From a bacterium (GTDB taxonomy: Bacteria > Patescibacteriota > Doudnabacteria > UBA920): a DNA stretch of 61,203 nt. A program made the position numbers and the translations under genes. The first letter of the stretch is position 1. Each line of letters opens with the position of its first letter. The DNA lies in NCBI GenBank assembly GCA_021791515.1, contig JAJYWK010000012.1, positions 1 to 61,203 on the forward strand, given 5' to 3'. Under the pieces are notes generated by a model. That model worked only from the letters and a program-made list of their open reading frames with translations. It was not told the origin of the DNA and made no database searches. Shown here piece by piece: positions 52,601-60,075 of the stretch.

Positions 52601-52655
52601 GCCACTTAGCTTCTATTTTTTTATGATTGTATTTATTCATATTAGGCCTGTTCAC
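49620..52655 (-). CDS. leuS: Leucyl-tRNA synthetase with an inserted alpha/beta-hydrolase domain
   Basis: HMGH, TTRPDT, GTGAVVGVPGHDKRDFEFA, KMSKS. 1011 aa. Confidence 0.95.
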   Translation of the reverse strand: MNRPNMNKYNHKKIEAKWQKFWLTKKTFFAKDFSRKLKKYVLVEFPYPSGAGLHMGHLRPYVAGDVYSRYHRMKGFETLFPIGWDAFGLPAENYAIKMGVHPSKTTETNIKNAKKQMLSWGLSFDFSREVNTTDPSYYKWTQWLFLQFFKKGLAYESTGVINWCPKDKTGLANEEVIDGKCERCGTTVEKKELRQWYLKITAYAEKLLEGLKNLPEWPEAVKLQQENWIGKKTGINITYNFDLKNNYVLLHGFKGTPDGIFFPSLKKELNKQGVKYQAPQLPNASEPTEEEQVSFVLQNCQFDENTILFGHSLGAVVAMKVLEKLPIKIAGLVLAGGFTEPRFKDRPRNYHAKFNWKFDFETIKNKAKSITVLSDPTDFAIPIEQGKILSQKLNGALIEQNGLKPHFTNEEEPLILNILLPQITCFTTRPDTNFGATFVVLGPEHPLLKDRNILGIEEKIWKEIEQYQKQAVEAADMDRTAENRKKTGVFTGLYCINTLNNFKMPLYVADYVLGNVGTGAVVGVPGHDKRDFEFAQVFKLEVKRVVQKNANDAGDITSLDQVQEDEGIMVNSDFLNGMDIHAATEKIMDYMVEKGYGKRVINYKLRDWVFSRQRYWGEPIPLIHCEDCGTVPVPEKDLPVKLPNVKKYEPTGTGESPLADIEKWVKTKCPKCKKLAWRETNTMPQWAGSSWYWLRYADSKNAKEFASLKKQKYWTPVDVYFGGMEHTTLHLLYSRFWNLFLYDQGLVSQSEPYAKRHPHGIVLGPDGEKMSKSRGNVVNPDDIVKTYGSDTLRMYELFLGPHEAMVSWNNKGVVGVRRFLDRVWGWVNEIAEAPHQKSAGRKVGRSEVGESEVKDTEKVERSLNRLIKKITEDIEAFRFNTCISAFMEFHNEVKDEFITLESVKKFLVLLYPFAPHISEELYQRIGKSKSQTTLQTASWPSFDPVMIIDKTVEIVLQINGRVKGKITAPSGSEETAVKELVMQLPAVKQALVGESVKRVIFVKDRLINLVI
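50103..50149. repeat. 8-nt CGAYNNNC tandem units inside leuS
   Basis: cgactcac cgacttc cgaccttc cgaccttc cgacccgc cgatttct; encodes SAGRKVGRSEVGESE. Confidence 0.88.
51390..51923 (-). other. ~178-aa alpha/beta-hydrolase (YdeN/RBBP9-like serine hydrolase) domain within LeuRS (aa ~245-422)
   Basis: YVLLHGFKG ... LFGHSLGA (nucleophile elbow) ... VLAGGF ... VLSDPTDFAIP (Asp) ... KPHF (His). Sits between NITYNF and ITCFTTRPDT. Confidence 0.7.
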
Positions 52656-52746
52656 CCTCCGAAGCTTTAGCGAAGGAGGGTCACTTTTTTTCTATTTGCT
52701 GATGATTATACTTTTACATAATAGCCGTTCTTTATTCCCTCTCCCT

Positions 52747-53736
52747 CTAGGGAGAAGGTAAATTAAACAATTTTTTTGCATTATTGGTGGTCAGTTCCGC
52801 AATTTCTCCGGCTGATAATCCTTTAATTTCCGCTACCTTCTCCGCAACAAATTTCACATAGGCAGGCTCGTTTCTTTTTCCGCGCATAGGCACTGGCGAC
52901 AAATAAGGGCTATCTGTTTCTAAAAGTATTCTATCAAGCGGCGTAAGTTTAACCAACTTTTCCATATTACCAGTCTTGTCAAAGGTAATTATTCCATTAA
53001 AACTAACATACGCGCCGCGGTCTAAAAATTTTTGCAAAGCTTCTGGACTGCCGGTAAAACTGTGGACTTCAAACTTTAGCGGTTTGTCATCCCGACCGAC
53101 TGAACCTGCCTGCCGGCAGGCAGGTGCGTCTGAGGGTGAGTGGAGGGATCCCTTAACTTTTGATAAATCCCTAACTTTAAGGGATTCCTCGTTCGGATGC
53201 ACTCTCTCGGAATGACGCCAAGGGGAAGCTTCTTCATCCAAAATTTTTATTAAATCATCAAACAATTCCTCGTTGCCTTTTTCCGGCCGGCTGTGGATTA
53301 CTAAAACTTTATTTACTTCCTTGGCTAATTTAACCTGGAGTCTAAAAACTTCTTTTTGCTTTTCTTTAATTGTCCGATGAAGTTCCTTGTCTTCCGGCAG
53401 ACGATAATAGTCCAGCCCACACTCTCCAATCGCGACTACCTTTTCGTTTAATGCCAATTTTTTATACTCTTCGTAATTAAAATTTTCTTCTCTGCTTTTA
53501 AAATGCGTTTCTTCCTCGTCCACATATTGCGAGTGAGTGTGTTCGGGATGCAGCCCCACGGCTGCATAAACGCCGGTCTCAAACTGTTCTGCCAATTCCA
53601 CAGCCTGCCGGCTGGTATCTATTTGCGAGCCGATGTTGATTACAAAAACTCCCGCATCCAAAGCCCTAGCTAGAGTTTCTTTAGCGTCGTCCTTAAAGGA
53701 GCGAAAATTAACATGCGCGTGGGTGTCAATTAGCAT
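52747..53736 (-). CDS. TatD-family metal-dependent hydrolase
   Basis: MLIDTHAHVNF, GECGLDY, ETDSPYLSP. Confidence 0.9.
   Translation of the reverse strand: MLIDTHAHVNFRSFKDDAKETLARALDAGVFVINIGSQIDTSRQAVELAEQFETGVYAAVGLHPEHTHSQYVDEEETHFKSREENFNYEEYKKLALNEKVVAIGECGLDYYRLPEDKELHRTIKEKQKEVFRLQVKLAKEVNKVLVIHSRPEKGNEELFDDLIKILDEEASPWRHSERVHPNEESLKVRDLSKVKGSLHSPSDAPACRQAGSVGRDDKPLKFEVHSFTGSPEALQKFLDRGAYVSFNGIITFDKTGNMEKLVKLTPLDRILLETDSPYLSPVPMRGKRNEPAYVKFVAEKVAEIKGLSAGEIAELTTNNAKKLFNLPSP
53086..53216. repeat. GTCATYCC-type MITE-like element inserted in-frame in the TatD-like gene
   Basis: GTCATCCCGACCGACT...CCTGCCTGCCGGCAGGCAGG...GGGATCCCTTAAC..TTAAGGGATTCC...CTCGGAATGAC; encodes ~44 extra aa. Confidence 0.85.
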
Positions 53737-54391
53737 CTTTAGCGGGTTTTTTAATTAAATCGAAAATAATTATTTTATTATATTTGGTATCATAAGCCAT
53801 ATTATGCGTATCCACATCATAAAAATGAGGCCTTAATATTCTGACTATTTCGTCTTTTTTTTGTATTAAATATTCATATTCAGCCTGCTTATCTGGCAAT
53901 AATCTTATCCTGCCCATATAATCCTCCAAGTTTTCCCGCAAACCGTCGTCCCATCTGGAAACTAAAAATGTTTCGTAATTATCCTCAAAACCCACATGAT
54001 ATTCCAATACGCTAACGCCAGAAATTCCTTCCAAAAGTTTTCCAGCTTCGGACATTGCGGTTATTTCCCCTGCCCCACCTCCAAAATCCTGAAGTTCTTT
54101 GGTCGGCGTCCTTTTTACAAAATAAATGTTGTCTTCCAGCTGCATTCTGTAATAATATCTTGATCTTCCGCTTGAACCGATCTTCCGGCCCACCATTTCC
54201 ATCTTCATACCATTTTTTTCTTGTTCTCCGGATAATTTCGCTGCCCTGTCAATCAATTCCACAAAAATTCCGCGGTTGGGCCGGGTGAGCAAATGGCCGA
54301 TTTCGGCATTTCTAACCAATTTCTTACCGCGCCCAAATTCAACTTCAACATATTTTCCTCCGTCAAATTCTCTTCTTTTCGGAAAACTCAT
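53726..54391 (-). CDS. Hypothetical protein, possibly atypical kinase-like
   Basis: 221 aa; FYDVDTHNMAYD...IIIFDL faintly resembles the HxDxxxxN...D catalytic pattern. Overlaps both neighbours. Confidence 0.5.
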   Translation of the reverse strand: MSFPKRREFDGGKYVEVEFGRGKKLVRNAEIGHLLTRPNRGIFVELIDRAAKLSGEQEKNGMKMEMVGRKIGSSGRSRYYYRMQLEDNIYFVKRTPTKELQDFGGGAGEITAMSEAGKLLEGISGVSVLEYHVGFEDNYETFLVSRWDDGLRENLEDYMGRIRLLPDKQAEYEYLIQKKDEIVRILRPHFYDVDTHNMAYDTKYNKIIIFDLIKKPAKDAN

Positions 54392-55926
54392 ATAATTCTA
54401 GGAAATAATCTTGGAATATTTTCTTCTTTTAAATTTTTTAGGGCTTCTAATATTTTTTCAGCGGTTTTTGGCAAAAATGGCTGCAAACTAACGGCAATAT
54501 TTTGCAATTCTGAAAGCAAGTACTCAATATCTTTTTTTGCCGCCTCTGCATCTGTTTTAATTTTCTTAAACGGTTCTTCTTTTTGAATAAACTGATCACA
54601 GGCTTGAATTTTCGCCCAAATTTCATCCATTGCTTTGGCGAGTTCGTAGGAATCCAAGAGCTGGTTTGTATTACTTGCATTCGACCCCTCCCTGCCCTCC
54701 CCTCGCCAGGGGAGGAGGGATGAGGAGTGAGCCATTTTCAAAATCCTACTAGTTAAATTCCCAATCCCATTAGCCAGCCCCGCGTTATAAGTTTCCACCA
54801 GACGCTCCCAAGTGTAATCGCCGTCTTCAAAAGTCGGAATTTCACGCAATAAATAATAACGCAAAGCGTCAGTTGCCTGCTCATTAGTTAGGCCTTTGGA
54901 TTTCAGCTGATTGATTATTTGATAAGGATCCGCCACATTGCCCAAAGACTTGGACATTTTTTGGTTGCCGGAAGTAATGAAGCCGTGAATAATAATCTGC
55001 CTGGAGTTAGGCAGCCCGGCGGACATTAACATGGCCTGCCACATGGCGGATTGCTGGCGCAAATTGTCTTTGCCGGCGATTTGAATGGCATTGGGCTTTT
55101 CTTTAGTGCCCCAATAGTCATGAAACTTGAAACTTGAAACTTGAAACTTTTTTTCATGCTTCATGTTTCCTGCTTCATGCTTCATGCTAGTCCCCCACCC
55201 CAACGTTGAAACATAATTAATAAGCGCGTCAAACCACACATACATTACATGGTCTTCATCGCCGGGCACCGGCACTCCCCAGGGCATTTTTTCTTTTAAT
55301 CGCGATATGGAAAAATCCTGCAGGCCATTTTTTACAAACTGCTTAATTTCGTTAAAGCGGAAATCCGGCACCACAAAATCCGGATGCTTTTCGTAAAAAT
55401 CCAAAAGCGGCTTTTGGTAATTGGAAAACCGAAAAAAATAATTTTCTTCCTCAATTAATTCAATTTCCAAATTGGGATGGATTGGGCAGTGGCCGCTGTC
55501 ATCCAAATCGCTTTCCGTTTTTTCCAGTTCGCATCCCACGCAATATTTAACTTTGTAAATCTTCTTGTAAATATCGCCGCGGCCTTCGCACCTATCCCAA
55601 AACTCCTGGCAAGCGGCAATGTGATGCTGGTCGGTTGTGCGAATAAAATGAATATCCGGCAATATGCCCAAAGCCGGCGCTAATTGTTTAAATTTTTCCG
55701 CGTACTCGTCACAATAACCTTGAATATCTTTTCCGGCTTCTTCGGCCTTTTGATAAACTTTCTGGCCGTGTTCGTCTGTACCGGTATTAAAAAATACTTC
55801 CTGCTTAAGCAGTTTATGGTACCTGACAATCGCGTCTGACTGCACCAATTCCAAAGCAAACCCCAAATGCGGGTCGGAATTTACATATGGCAGGGTGGTG
55901 GTTAAATAGAAATTATTCTCGGCCAT
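54388..55926 (-). CDS. metG: Methionyl-tRNA synthetase
   Basis: PYVNSDPHLGF (HIGH variant), KMSKSLGN. Confidence 0.93.
   Translation of the reverse strand: MAENNFYLTTTLPYVNSDPHLGFALELVQSDAIVRYHKLLKQEVFFNTGTDEHGQKVYQKAEEAGKDIQGYCDEYAEKFKQLAPALGILPDIHFIRTTDQHHIAACQEFWDRCEGRGDIYKKIYKVKYCVGCELEKTESDLDDSGHCPIHPNLEIELIEEENYFFRFSNYQKPLLDFYEKHPDFVVPDFRFNEIKQFVKNGLQDFSISRLKEKMPWGVPVPGDEDHVMYVWFDALINYVSTLGWGTSMKHEAGNMKHEKKFQVSSFKFHDYWGTKEKPNAIQIAGKDNLRQQSAMWQAMLMSAGLPNSRQIIIHGFITSGNQKMSKSLGNVADPYQIINQLKSKGLTNEQATDALRYYLLREIPTFEDGDYTWERLVETYNAGLANGIGNLTSRILKMAHSSSLLPWRGEGREGSNASNTNQLLDSYELAKAMDEIWAKIQACDQFIQKEEPFKKIKTDAEAAKKDIEYLLSELQNIAVSLQPFLPKTAEKILEALKNLKEENIPRLFPRII
54684..54730. repeat. Palindromic module inserted in-frame in metG
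   Basis: ACCCCTCCCTGCCCTCCCCTCGCCAGGGGAGGAGGGATGAGGAGTGA; encodes SSLLPWRGEGREGS. Confidence 0.8.
55119..55187. repeat. catgaagc/gaaactt word-repeat hairpin inserted in-frame in metG
   Basis: CATGAAACTTGAAACTTGAAACTTGAAAC...CATGCTTCATGTTTCCTGCTTCATGCTTCATGC; encodes SMKHEAGNMKHEKKFQVSSFKFHDY. Confidence 0.85.
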
Positions 55927-55937
55927 AAAATTGGCGC

Positions 55938-56050
55938 CACTCCGAGTCCCGCAACAAGCGGGACGAGGAATCTCTTAACACCCGACAATTATCAAATGAT
56001 AAGGGATCCCTCGGCTCGTCCCGCCTGCGGCGGGACTCGCTCGGGATGAC
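55938..56050. repeat. GTCATYCC-type MITE-like element upstream of metG
   Basis: ...GAGTCCCGCAACAAGCGGGAC...TAAGGGATCCCTCGG...GTCCCGCCTGCGGCGGGACTCGCTCGGGATGAC. Confidence 0.8.
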
Positions 56051-56109
56051 AAAATAAAAAGGCTTTAAAAGCCTCTTTATTATAGCGTTTCTTTAGATTT
56101 TAAACAACA

Positions 56110-57111
56110 TTAGGCATTTTTATTAGACCAAAACTCGTTAACCACCACGGTGATTGCGCTTACCAGCGGCACGGCAATTAATAAACCAATTACCCCGGCC
56201 AATTTAAAACCCACTAAAATTGCCAACAGCACGGCTAAAGGAGAAGTTCCCACGGTTTTTTGCATCACTTTTGGCACCAGCACATAGCCCTCGGTTTTTT
56301 GGATTATCAAATAAAGCAATCCGACCACCAAAGCCAAGGGCGGATTTTGGGTGAAAGCTATAAACATTGCCGGAATGGCGGATAAAAACGGACCGATATA
56401 CGGCACAATTTCCAGCATGCCCGCGACCATGGCCAAAAACAAAGCGTACTTCACGCCCAAAATCATTAAGCCAACCCAGGTAATTATAAAAATGGAAAGG
56501 CTTAAAATAATCTGGCCCAAAACCCACAAGCCCATTTTCCTCTGAATCTTTTCTATTAAAGAAAGAGTAAATTCGTGATGGTGCTCGGGAATTAAGGTTG
56601 CCACAAACTGCTTCATGCCTTTTTCTTCCGCTACCAAATAAAAAGAAATTACTAGCACGCTGATAAACGAGACTACTCCGTTAAACACCCCAAAAGTTTG
56701 GCTAACTACTCCGTCTTGAGAGCCAAAACCGGATAGCGCTTTTTGGGCCAGATTGGAAAAATCCACATCGCCCAAACCCAAAGAGGTAAGCTTGGCTTGC
56801 AAAGCAACTAAATTCTGGGGCAAGGTGCTTTGGATAATTTTAAACTCGCTTACTATTGGCGGCACAATTAAATAAATCACCAAACCAATTAAACCAAATA
56901 CCGCAAGGTAAGTTACCAAAATACTTACCGCGCGCGGAACTTTTTTTTCGTTAAAATAATCCACCATCGGCTCCATGGCCGAAGCAAAAATTAAAGCCAA
57001 CAGCAAAATTAAAATAATGTCGCGCGTAAGCCACAAAAAGCCTAAAATCAGCCCGGCCAACACAACTTTCAAAATAATCTTGGTTGAATTTTCCAGTTCG
57101 CTAAATCGCAT
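56110..57111 (-). CDS. AI-2E family transporter (PerM-like)
   Basis: 333 aa, 7-8 TM segments, typical ...EIVPYIGPFLSAIPA... segment. Confidence 0.8.
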   Translation of the reverse strand: MRFSELENSTKIILKVVLAGLILGFLWLTRDIILILLLALIFASAMEPMVDYFNEKKVPRAVSILVTYLAVFGLIGLVIYLIVPPIVSEFKIIQSTLPQNLVALQAKLTSLGLGDVDFSNLAQKALSGFGSQDGVVSQTFGVFNGVVSFISVLVISFYLVAEEKGMKQFVATLIPEHHHEFTLSLIEKIQRKMGLWVLGQIILSLSIFIITWVGLMILGVKYALFLAMVAGMLEIVPYIGPFLSAIPAMFIAFTQNPPLALVVGLLYLIIQKTEGYVLVPKVMQKTVGTSPLAVLLAILVGFKLAGVIGLLIAVPLVSAITVVVNEFWSNKNA

Positions 57112-57147
57112 ATATTTTTATTACAAAAACAAAATAATCCATCCGCG

Positions 57148-57372
57148 TCAGGCGGATGGATTTGATTGAACTTTTTCTTCCAAGCTCTTTTTTGCCGCAA
57201 TAATTTTCTCATCAATTAACTTTAAACCTTCCATGCAGTAAGCCTGAATTTGTTCCCGCAAAAAATCCGTCAGCCCTTCGGCTTCCAAATCTCTAATCAA
57301 AATATCTTTTATAGTCTGGTCCAGCGGAGATTGCCGGATTAAATGTATAATGTTTTGAATTTTATTTTCCAT
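57148..57372 (-). CDS. Hypothetical small protein (74 aa)
   Basis: ORF only. Confidence 0.4.
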   Translation of the reverse strand: MENKIQNIIHLIRQSPLDQTIKDILIRDLEAEGLTDFLREQIQAYCMEGLKLIDEKIIAAKKSLEEKVQSNPSA

Positions 57373-57377
57373 ATTTT

Positions 57378-57569
57378 TTATTGTCCAACCGCTTTTTGTA
57401 AAGCAAGCAGGCCCTTTTGATATTCCTGTAATTCTTTCAAAGACGCCCCCTTTAAAACCATTTCATTTAAATGGTGCTGGCCTTCTACTATTAAGGCTAG
57501 TTTGGGGTCTATTAAAGACCTCTTCTCCCCTCCGGCTACCGAATTTTCTGGCATACGTTGCCCTTTCAT
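57378..57569 (-). CDS. Hypothetical small protein (63 aa)
   Basis: ORF only. Confidence 0.35.
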   Translation of the reverse strand: MKGQRMPENSVAGGEKRSLIDPKLALIVEGQHHLNEMVLKGASLKELQEYQKGLLALQKAVGQ

Positions 57570-57572
57570 TTT

Positions 57573-58490
57573 TTATTTCTTGAGGTTATTCCTCAAAGAT
57601 TTTAAAAGCTTAATATCTGTTTTTACTTTATCATGTTCTGTTTCTAAGATCAAATAAAAAGACCCGGACTCTGCATACTGCTTACTGTATACTGTATTTA
57701 AATACTCCAAAAATGCCTTAAATCCGGCCTGGCCGATTTTCCCTTCGCCAATATGCTCGTGGCGGTCTTTTCGGCCACCCAGGTCTATTTTGGAATCATT
57801 GATGTGCGACATTTTTAGCCACTTGAGGCCAATGGCTTTATCAAATTGTTTAAAAGTTTTAGCGACTGATGATGCGTCGCGCAAATCGTAGCCAGAAGCA
57901 AACGCGTGCTGGGTATCAAAGCACACGCCGCCAAAAGTTTTAAACTTCATCAAAGGCTCCATAAGTTCGGCCAACTGTTCAAAATTGCCCCCAATAGTTT
58001 CGCCGGAACCAGCGGCAATTTCAAGCAAAAACGCCGTGTCGCCTTTGTATTTTTTTAACACTTCACTCAAACCCGCTTTGGCCTGCTTCATCCCTTTTTT
58101 TGCCCCCAAATCTTTAAAACTGCCCAGGTGCGTCATCACGTATTTCGCGCCCAGCAAATTAGCGCGTTTGAGATCTTCCCCCACTACCGATATAGATCCG
58201 TGGTAAATCCTTGGAGTGGCGGAACCAAAATTTACAAAGTACGGACAGTGCACCACAAACAGAGGTGTCCCCTCTGCTGCAGAGGGGACACCTCTGTCAA
58301 AACACCTCTCCATCTCTTCTTTGAATTTGCTGATAATTTCCGGTGTTAGCTCCGGAGCATTCCCTCCCATCGGCGGACGCGTAAAAATTTGAAAAGTCTC
58401 ACAGCCTAAATCCGCCGCATTTTTAGGCGCGTTCCATACTCCTCCGGCAATACTTACATGGCAGCCGATTTTATACATAACGTCTGTCAT
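57573..58490 (-). CDS. nfo: Endonuclease IV
   Basis: THLGS, LLEIAAGSG, CFDTQHAFASGYD, DRHEHIGEGKIG. Confidence 0.9.
   Translation of the reverse strand: MTDVMYKIGCHVSIAGGVWNAPKNAADLGCETFQIFTRPPMGGNAPELTPEIISKFKEEMERCFDRGVPSAAEGTPLFVVHCPYFVNFGSATPRIYHGSISVVGEDLKRANLLGAKYVMTHLGSFKDLGAKKGMKQAKAGLSEVLKKYKGDTAFLLEIAAGSGETIGGNFEQLAELMEPLMKFKTFGGVCFDTQHAFASGYDLRDASSVAKTFKQFDKAIGLKWLKMSHINDSKIDLGGRKDRHEHIGEGKIGQAGFKAFLEYLNTVYSKQYAESGSFYLILETEHDKVKTDIKLLKSLRNNLKK
58259..58297. repeat. 39-nt perfect palindrome (19-bp arms) in-frame in nfo
   Basis: ACAGAGGTGTCCCCTCTGC T GCAGAGGGGACACCTCTGT; encodes DRGVPSAAEGTPL. Confidence 0.92.
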
Positions 58491-58546
58491 TCCGGCCTAA
58501 GGGCCAAGAATCTATTTTCTGGATCCCGGATCAAGTCCGGGATGAC
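58486..58546. repeat. GTCATYCC-type MITE-like element bridging the M16 peptidase stop and the nfo start
   Basis: GTCATTCCGGCC...GGATCCCGGATCAAGTCCGGGATGAC. The nfo ATG (58490-58488) and the M16 stop (58531-58533) both lie inside it. Confidence 0.85.
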
Positions 58547-59808
58547 AAAATCAATTTTGTAAAAACTTTTTCGTTTTTATATGGACCGATTATTGCCAAA
58601 GTCATTCGTTTGCTATTAAACAAATCATTGGCGACTTTTTGAATATCGGCCGACGTTACCGCGTCAATTTTTTTAAACGCCTCTTCCGGCGTTTCCACCG
58701 GCCTGCAAAAAGCCACTCTGTCGAGCATCCAATCCAAACGTATTTGATTGTCTTCCAAAGCCAAAATCGTTTTGCCTTTAATGTACTCTTTGGTTTTTTT
58801 GAGTTCGGTTGGGCTAACTTGATGGGTCTTAATTTTACGCAATTCATCTAAAATGACTTTTAGCGCTTCTTCGATTTTAGGAATTTGCACGCCCGCGCCA
58901 ATATTAAACACGCCGGTGTCCTGATAATTCGAACCGCTGGCTCTTACATAATAAGCCAAGCCCCTGCGCTCCCTAACTTCCATAAACAAGCGGCTGGACA
59001 TTCCCCCGCCCAGGATTGCGGATAAAACCGATTGTGCCTTGTTGCGCTTGTCATTATACGCAAACCCTTTAAAACCTAAAGACAGATGCGCTTGCTCTGT
59101 GGCTTTAAATTCAACTTTTAATCTGGGCTGTGTTTGCTTATCTGCGGCGCGATTCCAACCGTGAAAACTTTTCTTGGGATATTTTACCCAATACTTGTTT
59201 ATTAAACCAGATAATTTTTTCTTATTGTATTTTCCCGAAACGCCCAAAATCATGTTTGGCATTTGGTAGTGCCGGGAAATATAATCTTGAAACATCTGGC
59301 GATTAAACTTCGATACGGTTTCCTTAGTACCGGCAATGTCGCGGCCAAGCGCGTCTTTCGGCCACATGGTTCGCTCCAGCACATTCTCTATTTCGTACAT
59401 GGGCGTGTCTTTATACATATTTATTTCTTCCACAATTACGCCTTTTTCCCGCTCCAACTCCGCGCTATCCAGTAGCGGATTTTGAATCATGTCCGTAAGC
59501 ACTTCAAAAATTAATTCAAGATGCTTGCTGGCTGCCTTAATGTAAAACTGCGTGTGCTCTTTACCAGTGTTGGCGTTCATTTCCCCGCCAATACTGTCAA
59601 TAAGCGATGATATAGCAAGAGCCGATGGATATTTTTTTGTGCCTTTAAAAAGAAAATGCTCCAAAAAATGCGAAATGCCGTTTTCCTTTGGAGTTTCTGA
59701 ACGCGAGCCGGTCTTCACAAAAAAATCTACCACCACGCTTTCCGCGTCATGGGATGGAACTTCTAAAATTATCAAACCGTTTTTTAAAATTTTCTTTGTA
59801 AATTTCAT
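58531..59808 (-). CDS. M16 (pitrilysin) family peptidase
   Basis: HFLEHFLFKGT (HxxEH). Confidence 0.85.
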   Translation of the reverse strand: MKFTKKILKNGLIILEVPSHDAESVVVDFFVKTGSRSETPKENGISHFLEHFLFKGTKKYPSALAISSLIDSIGGEMNANTGKEHTQFYIKAASKHLELIFEVLTDMIQNPLLDSAELEREKGVIVEEINMYKDTPMYEIENVLERTMWPKDALGRDIAGTKETVSKFNRQMFQDYISRHYQMPNMILGVSGKYNKKKLSGLINKYWVKYPKKSFHGWNRAADKQTQPRLKVEFKATEQAHLSLGFKGFAYNDKRNKAQSVLSAILGGGMSSRLFMEVRERRGLAYYVRASGSNYQDTGVFNIGAGVQIPKIEEALKVILDELRKIKTHQVSPTELKKTKEYIKGKTILALEDNQIRLDWMLDRVAFCRPVETPEEAFKKIDAVTSADIQKVANDLFNSKRMTLAIIGPYKNEKVFTKLILSSRT

Positions 59809-60071
59809 GTTCTTTTTCTATAAATAGAATCTTTTAATTTTGACAAGTTATCCCGTAAATGATTAACCTTTAAATTGCTCGGAATGTAATCCGGATTTTG
59901 ATCCATTTTTGCTATTTCTAAACACACCGAAGGAAACGTCTGAAGATAAATTTGCCTCTCACTCTCTTCTAACAAGGGCTGATCAATGCCCTGTAAATTT
60001 TCAAATAAAAACTTAAGGTCTTCCCTTGCCCATTGCCTTTGCTTTTCAAAACCACTTTCTGGGGATGTCAT
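59805..60071 (-). CDS. Hypothetical protein (88 aa)
   Basis: ORF only; 4-nt overlap with the downstream gene. Confidence 0.45.
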   Translation of the reverse strand: MTSPESGFEKQRQWAREDLKFLFENLQGIDQPLLEESERQIYLQTFPSVCLEIAKMDQNPDYIPSNLKVNHLRDNLSKLKDSIYRKRT

Positions 60072-60075
60072 ATAC

